Below, in pieces: positions 39,113-50,534 of a stretch of DNA of 64,000 bases (the stretch's first letter is position 1; each line of letters begins with the position of its first letter). The translations under genes and the position numbers were made by a program. This DNA comes from Harriotta raleighana (lineage: Eukaryota). Where the stretch lies: the NCBI GenBank assembly GCA_050575255.1, contig JBNZDD010013706.1:7429531-7493530 (forward strand), read 5' to 3'. The notes beneath the pieces are model-generated. The model worked only from the letters and a program-made list of their open reading frames with translations, was not told the origin of the DNA and did not search any database.

Positions 39113-39399
39113 TACTGAAGGGTGGGAGGTGACCAATGCTCCAACGAGGTGACACTAACATGCTGCACCTTGTGGTGAGATTAGCTCCTCATCCCGACAT
39201 TGTTCTAAAATATCCTTAACTAGGCTCCAAAAAAGCAGGAAAAAAATTCTAAGCAAAATAAGAGAGCGTCAACAAGAGTTGCTCTCAGGCACCTGGGGTT
39301 GGACACCAGCAGAAATGACAAGACTGCCCATCATCCTAAGGAACTGTGCACATAGAAGTTGCTGAAGAGACAGTGAAAGTATATATATATATATATATA

Positions 39400-39807
39400 C
39401 AGTAAAACTTTGTTCATCCGTGATCTGATCAACCGGATTGCTCGACCCCCCTCCCGGGGCAAATTCCCCATTCCAGAATCGCGAGTTTGCTCACTTTGCA
39501 AATGCATGCAATGCGTGCGCAAGCGCACTTAGTAAACTTACAAACTTGGGTTTTTTACCGATCGGTAAAAAAATGCTGTTTTGCAGATTTTTTCCCCGAC
39601 TGTGCTGGAATGCTTTATTGGGAAGTATCCACACAATATTATGTTACTAATAGTGTATTATTACTAATTAGTGTATTATTAACATGGTATGTTTTAAAAT
39701 AAGTTAACTTTTTATGTTGGGTTTTCGGCAACTTGTTCCCCGTTTATCTGGCACGGTCAATTAGTCGACCCCCCCCCCAAGCGGGCCGGATAAACAAGGT
39801 TTTACTG
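39400..39807. mobile_element. Tigger/pogo-like MITE, family B, in a (TA)n run
   Basis: cagtaaaactttgttcatccg ... ccggataaacaaggttttactg; homologous to the 50769 and 63220 copies. Confidence 0.88.
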
Positions 39808-40654
39808 CATATATGTAGATATATATATATGTTCTTTACAGAAAAATGTGCATTGGGCAAAAGAAAAGAAATAAATCCCAAAGCAAATCAAGTTAATGTA
39901 TCAGGGAAAAAAAACGTTATAATGCAAAAAAACCTGCTGGGAAAAATCATCAACAATCTGCTTCTTTGAGAAGGAGCCATCTGGTTCTATTTTTATAGCA
40001 TCATTTGTTCAAGGCAACAAGAAATATCAATGTATTTTTTTTTGTCAGGCAGGATCAGCAGCGGGAAGGAATATTCAAATTACACTTTAACCGACTCCCA
40101 GTTACTCCCAGCCCCTGAGCAATCATGACTGGAGTCTATACATTTTCCTTGCATAACCACTGATTAGTCAACAGATTTTGAAAAATCAAACACAAAATAG
40201 TCTCATTAAAATAAGGCATCTGTTGTATTTAATGAAGATGGCTCAGCGACTGGGCCTGATGAATTCTAGCCACTGTTTTCATTGATGTGTGGCTGCCAGC
40301 TCAACACATAGGACTCGAGCAAAGGAAAAAACTTGTTTTTACAGCATTACCATGTCGAAACATGTCAAAACATGGAACTGCGTTCAGTTTAATCTTTCAT
40401 CCAAAAGCTGTAATGAACAGTATTCAGGCCAACCGAAACATTTCTTTTTAATAAAAAGCAGATTACCACACATTGAATTCAAAGTGCAACAGTAATAATT
40501 ATCATCTTTGTCAAAATATGGCAAAGGACTCCACAGGGTTTTCTCCTGTGAAGCATGTGAATGAGTTTATAAGCAGATACATCAGTAGATATTCAATGGA
40601 AAAGAACAGCAGTTCCTAACAGTAGATCTCCAAATGGCAAGCTCACAAACAGCA

Positions 40655-40713
40655 TAACAACAACAAATTGCATTAATATAATGCCTTTCATGACAGGAGG
40701 ATGTTCCAAGGCA
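40655..40713 (-). mobile_element. L2 3' tail
   Basis: aacaacaacaaattgcattaatataatgcctttcatgacaggaggatgttccaaggcactg. Confidence 0.7.
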
Positions 40714-40947
40714 CTGAACCACCTGGCTTCTGGCAAGTAAATATTTCCAGGCATCCCACCTAAACATGGAAATTCCAAAGATAGATTGTTGTAATGGAAA
40801 GCACTCTCTCTCTCCCTGCTTACCTAATTCTGGACAGTATTAGGTGCAGGTTGGCAAGACCCAAGAGCCAGAGTGTGTGTTGAGGTAACTGCTGGAGTCT
40901 AACCAACTAACTTGCCATTGATAGTCCTCTCCTGCACCAGGCTCAGT

Positions 40948-41300
40948 AACCCACTGGCTCCCATCCTTTAGAAGATTCAAAATCCTCAAACTCGCCTTGA
41001 AGGCCCTCCATGGCCTTGCCCCTCCTTACCTCTATGAACTGCTGACCCCACATCAATCTGTTCGTTCCCTCCACTCAGTGTGCTGTGGCTTATTTTCTCT
41101 CTCCACCACCCACCTCCTGTTCCCAGCTCGGGTCTGAAGCAGTGACTGCCCAGCGCCTTGGGACGTCCTCCTGACTTGAAAGGTGCTGTACAAGTGTAAT
41201 TTTGTTGTTGTTGTTTACCAGTGGATCATTGGTGGTCAGGCCTTCAGACTTTCTGCCCTCATCCTAGGGAACTTCATTCTACATTCCCTTCACCTCTTGG
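40948..41300 (+). mobile_element. Old L2 fragment with a nested younger L2 tail (about 41101-41214)
   Basis: HWLP, FKIL and ALHGLAPPYL motifs, then a (TTG)n tail, after which L2 sequence resumes. Confidence 0.75.
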
Positions 41301-41904
41301 GTTTTAAGAAGTAGATTTTTCCTTTCACTGAGAGTAGACATTGATTACTGAATCATTAGCAGTCCGTTGGCACCAGATAACATCACATTGCTGTTTCTCA
41401 GTTTAATTGCATGCATATGGAGAAGCTCAAGGTTTTAAATTCATTCATCTTCTCTCTAACATGTAGGAGTGCCATTAACAAACAGAAAACTCCTCGGCTG
41501 TTTCAATACTAAAACATGGTGTTGATAGATCCTAATTTTAAATATTTATTGATATATATATTATATATATAGTTTCCCTCTGTACTTCACCCAATGTCAG
41601 CACTCCCTGCTCACCTGATTTACCAAATCTTCTATCCACAAACTGCATATTATTCAGAATTTATGCAGCTTATGTCCTCTCCCACACTAAGCTCCATGAG
41701 CTGATCAGCCCCACCATCACTCGGCTTCACTGGTTCCTTACCCAACAGAGGATCAAGTTCAAATTCTGAAATGCAGTTGGGAAAAAAAGAAAGATAACTA
41801 CTGATTATTAAATTGTGGCAGGAAAGGTGGTAGCCATTCACTTGCTTCAGGGATATCAAAGGTGAATTTTGGTCGCCTACTTCTCTGGCTAGTTGGCCAA
41901 GACT

Positions 41905-42090
41905 CTTGAGAGAAACTCCTTTATTATTTCAAATAATGCCACAGGATGTAATGTCCACCTACAAGACAGATCGTACCTTGTTTAACATTACATCTGAAGG
42001 ACGGCACCACTGTATTGGATTATGACCAAGTTTAGACTATGAGCTCAAAGTTCCAATTTGGGGGCTTGTACCCACAATCTTCTGACTCAC
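41905..42090 (-). mobile_element. Old SacSINE1-like DeuSINE fragment
   Basis: Reverse of the 18862 and 38770 motifs (cccacaatcttctgactca; tgccacaggatgtaatgtccacc). Confidence 0.6.
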
Positions 42091-43077
42091 ATGGCGTTTC
42101 CAGAAGGAATCAGCGGATCGATCGGGGTGTAAATAGAACAACACCAATACTCCGACAGTTCAAGCTGTGTGTCAAGCCCTTTAGAGCCCTTTGAGTTGTT
42201 CCTCTTTAAGAATACTGGTTTCCTAATTCCGTCTCCTGATCCCAACAAACTAACATCAAACACTGCTGACATCACCTCATTTGCAGTCTGTGCTGAATTC
42301 CTGACTCATATCAGACTGCCAATTACAACAGCTTGATGTTGAAAACAAACTATCAAGGAAAACACAGGCAGAGAAAGGATTTAGCACTGCCATTTTCACT
42401 CATATCTTATGTAATACTTTCCTGCGCACTCATTATACAGAATTTTTCCATCCAAATTGAATTCATACCAGATTCATTTAAGAATACAAACTTGCATTGT
42501 AGGGGAATTTTAACAGATTTTGTGAAATAATAAACTGCTACGGTTTCAGCTAATGTAACTTGCATTGCAACCTCATGGACAAGCTGTGTTAGAATGCTGC
42601 AATCAACCCACTGTCTCATCTCAGCGAGACTCACATGATTCAGTCTGCAGAACCTCTGGGCTAGAAATTTATCTTCATTTAGCCCACCCTTACCATTCAT
42701 CACACTGGACCATATTAACCTTGGTGAGGTGGAGTCGCGGTCAGGCATTTAAATCTGTCTTTGGTTTCAAAAAGTTTGTCTACACAATGATAAAAAAAGA
42801 AAGTTCTATAATTTACTTATTCAAACCTTTTTGCTGTTTCAAACACTTCAACTTCACAAATTGCTACACAGGCTCAGGGAGAATTTATAGAGAAGGGCTA
42901 AGCTTATGGCTAAGGCTTTATAACAAAACCAAGGATGCTCCTTGTGGCTCAGAAGTTTAAGCTCCCAGGGTCTGAATGAGTTTAGCCGTTGAGATTTTTT
43001 TTAATGCCAAAATATCTCCTTCTCTACTTAAAACAAGAAGTTGTACTCTTATGTAAGGCACTATATAGGACTTGATG

Positions 43078-43369
43078 GGAGTCCTGTAGCTCAGTGGTTA
43101 GAGCACTCGCTTTACAAATGAGAAACCTGGGTTCAATTCCAGGCAGTGCGAAACTATGGGCAAGTTTCTCCATACAATAAAATAAAACAATGATAAATTG
43201 GTGATTTCAATCCACGATTGTTTATGGGACACTGCTGTGCGCAACTGGCTGTCGCATTTTGCCTACAAATATACATTCACTTTATAGTACATTCTGTGAA
43301 GTGCTTTGAGATGTATAGAAGACATAAAAAGCACTGTATCAAATGGAAGGATAATTATTATTATTATTA
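43078..43369 (+). mobile_element. Full-length tRNA-derived SINE
   Basis: A box TAGCTCAGTGG, B box GGTTCAATTCC. Confidence 0.9.
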
Positions 43370-43879
43370 CCATATTGAAAGTGTATTCAACAAATGCTGA
43401 CAACACTATCATCATCATCTGTCCTTTTCTCAGTACAATTCAATCCTTGGAATTGTTCAGGCTACTGAGAAGGTTAATGTAAGAATTACAACGCATTTAC
43501 ACTGAAGTGATTTATGGCTTTCCAGTACTCCACATGTGCATTCAATCAGTTAATTAGAAGTTTGACAAAGTTGGCACATTAAATCCCATATGTTCATCTT
43601 TCATCTGTGAAGACAATATCCACCTGTAATAAAAATTCTAGTGTCTGTGGTGTTCTGAAGTGGAGACGACCTGGGAGAGTTGCAGAAAGCTTGCACCCGC
43701 CACAATCCATTGCATATGAGTTCAAACCCCAGAACAGTACAGCATTCAGTTCTCCCAGTTTTAACTGTGAAGAGTTTCACCAACATCCAAGACAACAAAA
43801 TACTTTGTGGGACTGGTGCCCCACCATGTAAAATGGTATTCACAATCTTATCTTTTAAAAAAAAAAAAAAATCTGTATC

Positions 43880-44000
43880 AAATTGCATTTGATATAGCGC
43901 TTTTCAGGTCTTCTAGATTTCTCAAAGTGCTTCACAGACATACTGTAAAGTGAATTGACTGTACATTTTTTGGGCGAAACGTGGCAACCATTTTGCGCAC
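43880..44000 (-). mobile_element. SINE 3' half
   Basis: Consensus match. Confidence 0.8.
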
Positions 44001-44066
44001 ATATGGCTCATTCAATTTTCTGTAGTGAGCTTCTGACTCCCAACCAATCCAAAGGACACTTTTGTG

Positions 44067-44226
44067 AAATAAAAACAGATGTCGCTGGGAACACACCGCA
44101 GGTCAGACAGCATCTATGGAGAGAGAGAATTGAGTTAATGCTTCTGGTCGAAACGTTAACTCATTTTCCTCTCTCCTAGATGCTGCCTGACCTGTTACAT
44201 GTTCTCATTGACTTCTGTTGTTATTT
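44067..44226. repeat. Long imperfect inverted repeat (Penelope/MER6-like palindromic element)
   Basis: ~77-bp arms (caggtcagacagcatcta..gagttaatgcttc and gaaacgttaactc..tagatgctgcctgacctg) around a 5-nt loop. Confidence 0.8.
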
Positions 44227-44614
44227 TGGATTTCCAGCATCCAGAGGATTTTGCCTTTTACTTTCTCTGAATGTGGTTCCCCTCTTCCAAACAACAGAAA
44301 TGCTGAAGGGGTTATAGTCGATAATAGGCACAAGGCCAGTAATTCTGATTAAAATTGGTTTTAAAGAAATACATTGATAAATATAGTCCTGAAGTTTACT
44401 CTATTTAACTACTGTAATATTAGTGTTTGTTTTAGCGCATCGGAAACATGTTGCACACATGAGAAATGTTTAGTTCAACTGAAATGCCTTCCCCGAGCCT
44501 TGGTAAACCAAGAAATGTTAAATCCACATTATACTGTACTTGTTTTGCATATTCTATTCACCTGAAGAAACAGTAAAACACTTGTCACTTGGATTGGTTG
44601 ATATCTGCAACTAA

Positions 44615-44762
44615 ATTTGGACACTGCTGTCCACAATTGGCAAATGTCACAACTCTCATGAAATATACAGTCAATTCACTTTACAATACAATATATTCTG
44701 TGAAGCGATTTGAGACGTCTCAAAGACGTGATGAGGCACTATTTGGAAGGATTATTATTATA
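44615..44762 (+). mobile_element. SINE 3' half
   Basis: Consensus match. Confidence 0.75.
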
Positions 44763-45399
44763 AGAGATGTGTGGGACAATTTGTATGTATATGCATGATT
44801 ATGTGTGTGCACACTTGTGTCTGCCTGTACTCTGGTGTGCACCTGCCATCCCATATGATTTCTGAAATACAATGTTTTGTTTTCTATGTTTTCACATTTA
44901 AAATATTTGTTTTTGAATGGTTAACATTATGAAATTCACCGTTTGCCTAGTTAAATTTCTGGAGCCTTCAAATGACCTGTTGGTAAACTGCCCAATGAGG
45001 TCCAACTGAAGGAATCAAATAACCTCAGAATGAACACGGGCTGTTGCGCATCACTAAACTTTCAAATATTAACGATATTCACTGTTCGTGGTTACCTTTG
45101 AACCTGCAATCCCATGTGTATATCCCAGTTACTGAATTAAAACAAGCCATTCTATAAAAACTAAGATTTCACTTATTCGTATTGCTCCAGGCCAAGACAG
45201 CCAAGACTATCAAAACTGCATGTTTAACCTTCAGAGTAAAGTTGTTAATGGATACAGTACAGTTAGACTGACCTCAGTATTGATGAGAAATCCTTTATAA
45301 TGATAGGCTTTTAGAAAAAGCACCATTTTCCAATATGAGCTAGTCAACACCGTCACAACTACAAATTGCATTTATCTTATGCCTCTCATGTCGGGAGAA

Positions 45400-45577
45400 A
45401 ACAATTGTTCATTTCAATCCATGACTGTTTGTGGGACGCTGCTATGTACAATTGGCTGCCATGTTTCGCCCAAAAGTATATAGTCAATTCACTTTACAGC
45501 ATATTCTGTGAAGCGCTTTGAGACATCCAGACAATGTGAAAAGCAAAATGCAAGGATTATTATTATTTTATTATTGT
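45400..45577 (+). mobile_element. SINE 3' two-thirds, preceded by an L2 tail on the minus strand (45355-45398)
   Basis: Consensus match. Confidence 0.8.
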
Positions 45578-45814
45578 TATATCCAGAGGCCCTGGATAAT
45601 AAGGGATTTGCATCCGAGCTGCAGGTCGGGAACAGGGAGGAGAATAAATAAATCAATAAGATTTGTCACACAAATGTTTAGCAAACTTTTTTGGAAGGGG
45701 GAGTGTTTAACATCTGAAATAAAAACTCCTTTTAAAAAGAATATAATGACTATTCACAATTTAACTTAATAATTAATTCACAGAGCCCCCAAAGATTCAT
45801 CTAGCTTATCCATT

Positions 45815-46035
45815 AAGCAGCTGAGCCATACAAACCGAAACGCATCAGCTTCAACCTCCAGTCACTGCTGAGTTGGTTAATCTCAGGAGCATTAGCACTG
45901 TGGCATTCTAATTAACAATTATATCCAAAGTTGATGGGGTTGTGGACTGGGGGGAGGGATGAAATCAGCCTGGGTCCTCTCTCTGATTCCTGTCGAGAGA
46001 GCACCTCACCACACCCACCCATTTGGAAAGTGCGC
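45815..46035 (+). mobile_element. Ancient LF-SINE-like element
   Basis: ctgagccatacaaacc..tgctgagttggttaatctcag..aaatcagcctgggtcct; related motifs at 54145 and 61840. Family name is from recall. Confidence 0.45.
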
Positions 46036-46259
46036 TCAATAAGCCAACAAGGTAACCTTCAGGCAAAGTGAAAAGTGGGTTATACGTTGTGCGTACGGAC
46101 TGAATTTTGGAATCTTTACAGCAATTACTGTACATTTGAGAACAAAAAGGGAGCAATCAATCTTTACAATCAAAAGGGGGAGTAGGGGGTGGTGGGGGGC
46201 AGGGACCATATGGATTAAGGAAAGTAAATCAGCGAAAGGAAGGAGAAAGTAAAATGGGC

Positions 46260-46630
46260 CTTCAAAAGAATGTAGTTAGAACAAGCGGAAAAATTCATGA
46301 AGCATGAAGCTTTTATTTGAAAGCAGAGTACAAAAACTGAAAATAATATTTGGCATATATTTGCTTAATTAGTTTAACAGATAGAAATTTATCATATTAG
46401 AGATATGTGAAGACTAGCTATTCCAGCATTGCTGATTGGTCAAGGAACGCCTTAAAGATTAGATCTGGATGGGAAAGCAAGGAGTGTGGTACATCTACGG
46501 CCCTGAATATTGAAATGACTATTTTTTCAAAGGATTTAAATCTTTAAAAGAAAAGAAAACTAACAAGCATAAAGGATGCACAGCACAGAAAGAAAATGAA
46601 GTCATTGGCATGGCGATAACCATTTCAGAA
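46260..46630 (+). mobile_element. Highly degenerate CR1 3' end
   Basis: Faint colinearity with 51400-52000. Confidence 0.35.
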
Positions 46631-47339
46631 CAAGGGTCAGTCAGCATACATCACCTAAAAGCTTTTTGAGGAGTTTGGAGTCTCTTTATTACCCTCCCCA
46701 CCCCGATGTTGTGGTTTAATAGTAGTCTAATCCAGTGGAATATGGGGCAATTGGAAAATGAGGTGGAACTCATACGATAGTCATTTGACATCAAGCCACG
46801 AGTAATTGGCAAACTCCTTTTGAAAAGCATCCGAAGTTCAAAGTGTGTATGGCAAGTTAGCTCTAATTTCACTCACTGGAATCAGGCAGGTACACGAAAG
46901 GTAATTGACGAATGATATTATTGTAAAAGAGTACGGTCACTTGCATTTAGGGATGATGCTGTCCTTACATGTCCTCCACACACAAGCAGACCTGTGCAAA
47001 ACCGATTAATTGATATACAACAGGCCGCGGTCTGGAAAGGGACCATTCTTATTGAAGTTGCAAAAAAAACTTTCACTTTTTGAAGCCGTGATTGGTGATA
47101 TTGGGGACGGGGAAAGAAAGTGGGAGCATCAGTCATCGTGGTGGGTAGATCTGCTCAAAAAGCAGGGATGGGATAAATGATAATATCTTGTGTAAGCTGT
47201 AATCAGTAAGAAGAAGTGGGAAAAATAACAACAATTTATATTTATAAGCGCCTTTTGAATCGGGGGACGTCTCCAGGCTCTAAACAGTGTAAAGTTTGCA
47301 ACCAATTTGGGGGTCGAATCAAGTGGGATGAAACAGACA

Positions 47340-47885
47340 ACATTGTCTGCTTCTACTGTCACCCATTAGGGAGCCTGTTCCATAACTAATACTCACTACT
47401 TACTCATTGAAGTGGTGTTTCCGCAGATCTGTTCTGAATTTACCCTACTTCAATCGTCAATCAAGTCGTGGATTGAAAATGACCCAATTTTATTACTGTG
47501 GTTTTTTTTGATGGATTATTATTAGGCATATGAATTAAGGAAACTTGCCCAAGGTTTCGCCCTGACCTGCCTGGATTCGAACACAGGTCTCATGCTTATA
47601 AGGCGAGTGCTTTAACCACTGAGCTACAGGAGCTCCACAAATATTGCCCCTCAACCTTCTCTTCTCCGGTGTGAACGTGCACAGTTTATCTAATCACTCC
47701 TCGCAGTGCTGTCCCTTCATCTCCTCAATCATTTTGTTTACCCTCCTCTGTATCCTCTTAATTGATGCAATATTCTTTTCAACAAAAACAACAACTGCAA
47801 TTTATATAGCGCCCTATACGCCGGACGTCATCTCAGAGCGCTTTCCATATTGCGGTGACCAGCACTGCCCACAGTATTCCACAGT
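47340..47885 (-). mobile_element. Old CR1 fragment interrupted by a SINE 5' half and an L2 tail (47781-47842)
   Basis: cccctcaaccttctcttctcc and ggtgaccagcactgcccacagtattcca are CR1 motifs. Confidence 0.65.
47464..47636 (-). mobile_element. SINE 5' half with a near-intact tRNA head
   Basis: ggattcgaacacaggtctcatgcttataaggcgagtgctttaaccactgagctacaggagctcc. Confidence 0.9.
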
Positions 47886-48220
47886 TAGGGTTCATTGGAT
47901 CCTGGAGCTTGGTATAGTAGAGGAAACAAAGTTCTTATAATCTGCGGTTTGTGGATGGAAGTACTAAATGGGTTTGTAACACTTCCAATTGTAGATACAT
48001 GGACAGAGAAGGTATCACTTTGTGTGATGCTGTGACAGAGCTCATTAGCAGATATTAATTGATCATTTTGTTGCCTATTAATTCATGCTAGGAAAAAAAA
48101 TTATTGTGGAAAACAGGAAAAATAAATCACATTCAATTTACCATTTTTTCTCATATCAGCTTTGATTTTAAAGAAATTTCTGTACCTATCGTTTAACATT
48201 AAAATGGAGGAAATGCTCAC

Positions 48221-48361
48221 CTCTAGCTCAGCAGTTTGAGCCTGTAGTTTCTGCACCATGTCCTCTGCTTCACGCACCCGCCTGTTCAGCTGAGGGGCAT
48301 AACTGGAGGAAACCAGCTCATTGTCGTAGGAATCCAGGATGCTTTTCATCCCATCGCGAGC
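48221..48361 (-). CDS. MAD1L1: Internal coding exon of mitotic spindle checkpoint protein MAD1 (141 nt, 47 aa, phase 0/0)
   Basis: Minus strand reads tttttgtttcag|GCTCGCGAT...GAGCTAGAG|gtgagc. It translates to [47 protein letters not shown], which aligns without gaps to human MAD1 as I recall it ([47 protein letters not shown]). Splice sites are canonical. Confidence 0.93.
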
Positions 48362-50534
48362 CTGAAACAAAAACACTCGGGTTACAAGAACATAAATCTT
48401 TTCTTTAGCCTGTCTAATAGGACCTAACTAATTTGGTGAGCAGTTCCCGGGAATAATTGGTTGCATTCAGGCAAAACTCATCGGGATGATCCTCAAAGAC
48501 AGAGTTGCAGATTGTAACTTTTAATATTTCATGGAATATATAAATATTTCATGGACATATATAAATATAAAATGTATTCCATTCAATCGCACCTTGGCTC
48601 ACAGTGGTTTTTGAAAGCTGTGATTTGCTCTGTAAAACACTGAGCATTTATGATGCAAGATGCTATTCTACATCTTGTTAAAATAGACTATTTTAAATGC
48701 GTTACTGAATATGTATCTGGAACAAATATCTGGAAAACCTGCCACATAAAGCCATGGGACATGGGATTTATACAAGAGATTGAAAGGAGAAGGAACACAA
48801 GAGAAATGAGATAAACAAAGAAGTCTCAAGCAAATATTATTGGTTAGAGAGATGACATTATTGAATTTTCTACGGTTGACTGATTGAAATCTTACATTTG
48901 TGCTTGGAATTTGGAATAGAAACAGAAGTCATTAGATATTGTTCTGTGCAGTGCATTGAGATGTCTCAACAATGCGATACTTCTCTTTATCAATTGCAAG
49001 TATTATTATTTTTTCAATAAAATGTTTTGGGTCTGCAGTCACAAGCAAAGCGGTAATCCTAGAATTTCATATTCACATAATCAACTGAACTAAACCATTA
49101 GTGCAGCGTACTCTTGACTGAGGCTGTTCCTGGTAATCTAGAATGCAGTATAAGAAGTGACTAAAAGTTATTTATGAGTGCAGCAGTACCATGAGATGGT
49201 ATTGATAGCTTTTGTGGCTGTGTGGCTACATTCATTAAGATCCCTAATCCACAGCATTCCATTTTCTGAATCAAACGGTTAGGATGCATTTGAATCTTGC
49301 CTGAGTATTTGAACCTGACTGAGCTGGTAAAAAAAATTATATTCATGTGCTCCTGCATCATAAAAGCAAACATATTTTGGTTTATAGTCCACTTTCTCTC
49401 ATCTATTCAAGGGGTCAGTGTTGAAAGTGTAAGGTAGGAAAAGTTCCCCTTTTTGTCCAAAGTTCAATCGGTCAGCATCATCTCGGTCTCATCTTAACAA
49501 CTCTGCAATTAAAGGGCAAATCGGTCAGCTCTCCACCAGTATTTCTTGGATTATCAATGGTATCTTAATCTAGGCAAATCCTTTGACGTAAAGAGTCTAA
49601 TTGACATGCAAGGCATCACCGGTTCCTTACAGTTAGTCTGCCTGCCCTGCATCCTTAATGAGAACAAGAATCAAGCCCTGAGCGTGATGTTACCACACTG
49701 ACAAGATGACTCATTTCACGACGAAGAAAATATACTCATCACATTCAAAAGATAGGAGTGCAGTCTTAGATGGATCAAACTGAGTGAGTTTCAGTCCTTT
49801 CACAGATTCGGATCCTCTATTCTGTTGGTGCAGTGCAAGGATCTGAGAGCCTGGATTCTAATTTCTCAACCCTGGTTGAACAGTCATGACTTGGTCCAGT
49901 CAGTGATAGTCTCCCAACTCTATCACTCTTCCAAAGCCTGAGACTCAACCCCATTGGGAGCGACAATTCTTTAAATAGATTGTTATTGGACCAAAGATTA
50001 GATTTATGTTCCAATTAGTGCTTTACAAAGGTAATTTTGTTGTGGTTGATACAAACCACACAGAGACGGTTTCTCTCAGGACTGCATTCCTCATCAACCT
50101 CTCAGGTAGGTAAAGACCAGCAACTCTACAACCGAAATGCATCATGTTTAGTCCAACACAATTTAATTTTCATCTTTTGTTCCAGAGCCTCACTTGTCCT
50201 CTGATGAAATAACTGGAAACGTCCATTTCCTTTATTAGATTTGTTCCAACTCCTATATGTGATCAGTTAACATTGCCAGCTGCCTGGATTTCCCAAAGCC
50301 AACCTCAAGACTGGTCGTGATATGAGACTCAATCTCAGTGAAGGCGAAAACAAATTTAAAGGTCTTTTGAGAAATACTTTCATGGGTGGTTTCCCTTTGA
50401 TTAGAACATTTGTTCCCCGCCCAGAAATAAATCTCCTAGACAGCATCAATAATATTGTAACCACCCTCTAGCATAAAAATCTCCAGGTGAACCCGCAATA
50501 AGGAAGGAAGCTCTTATAATGCTGTATTTGAGAA

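Noticed and set aside
48101-48220. ORF extension beyond ELE (VSISSILM...)
   Set aside because: Read-through past the gtgagc donor into intron.
48523-48568. ~20-bp tandem duplication upstream of the exon acceptor
   Set aside because: Simple AT-rich slippage about 160 bp from the splice site, with no evidence of function.
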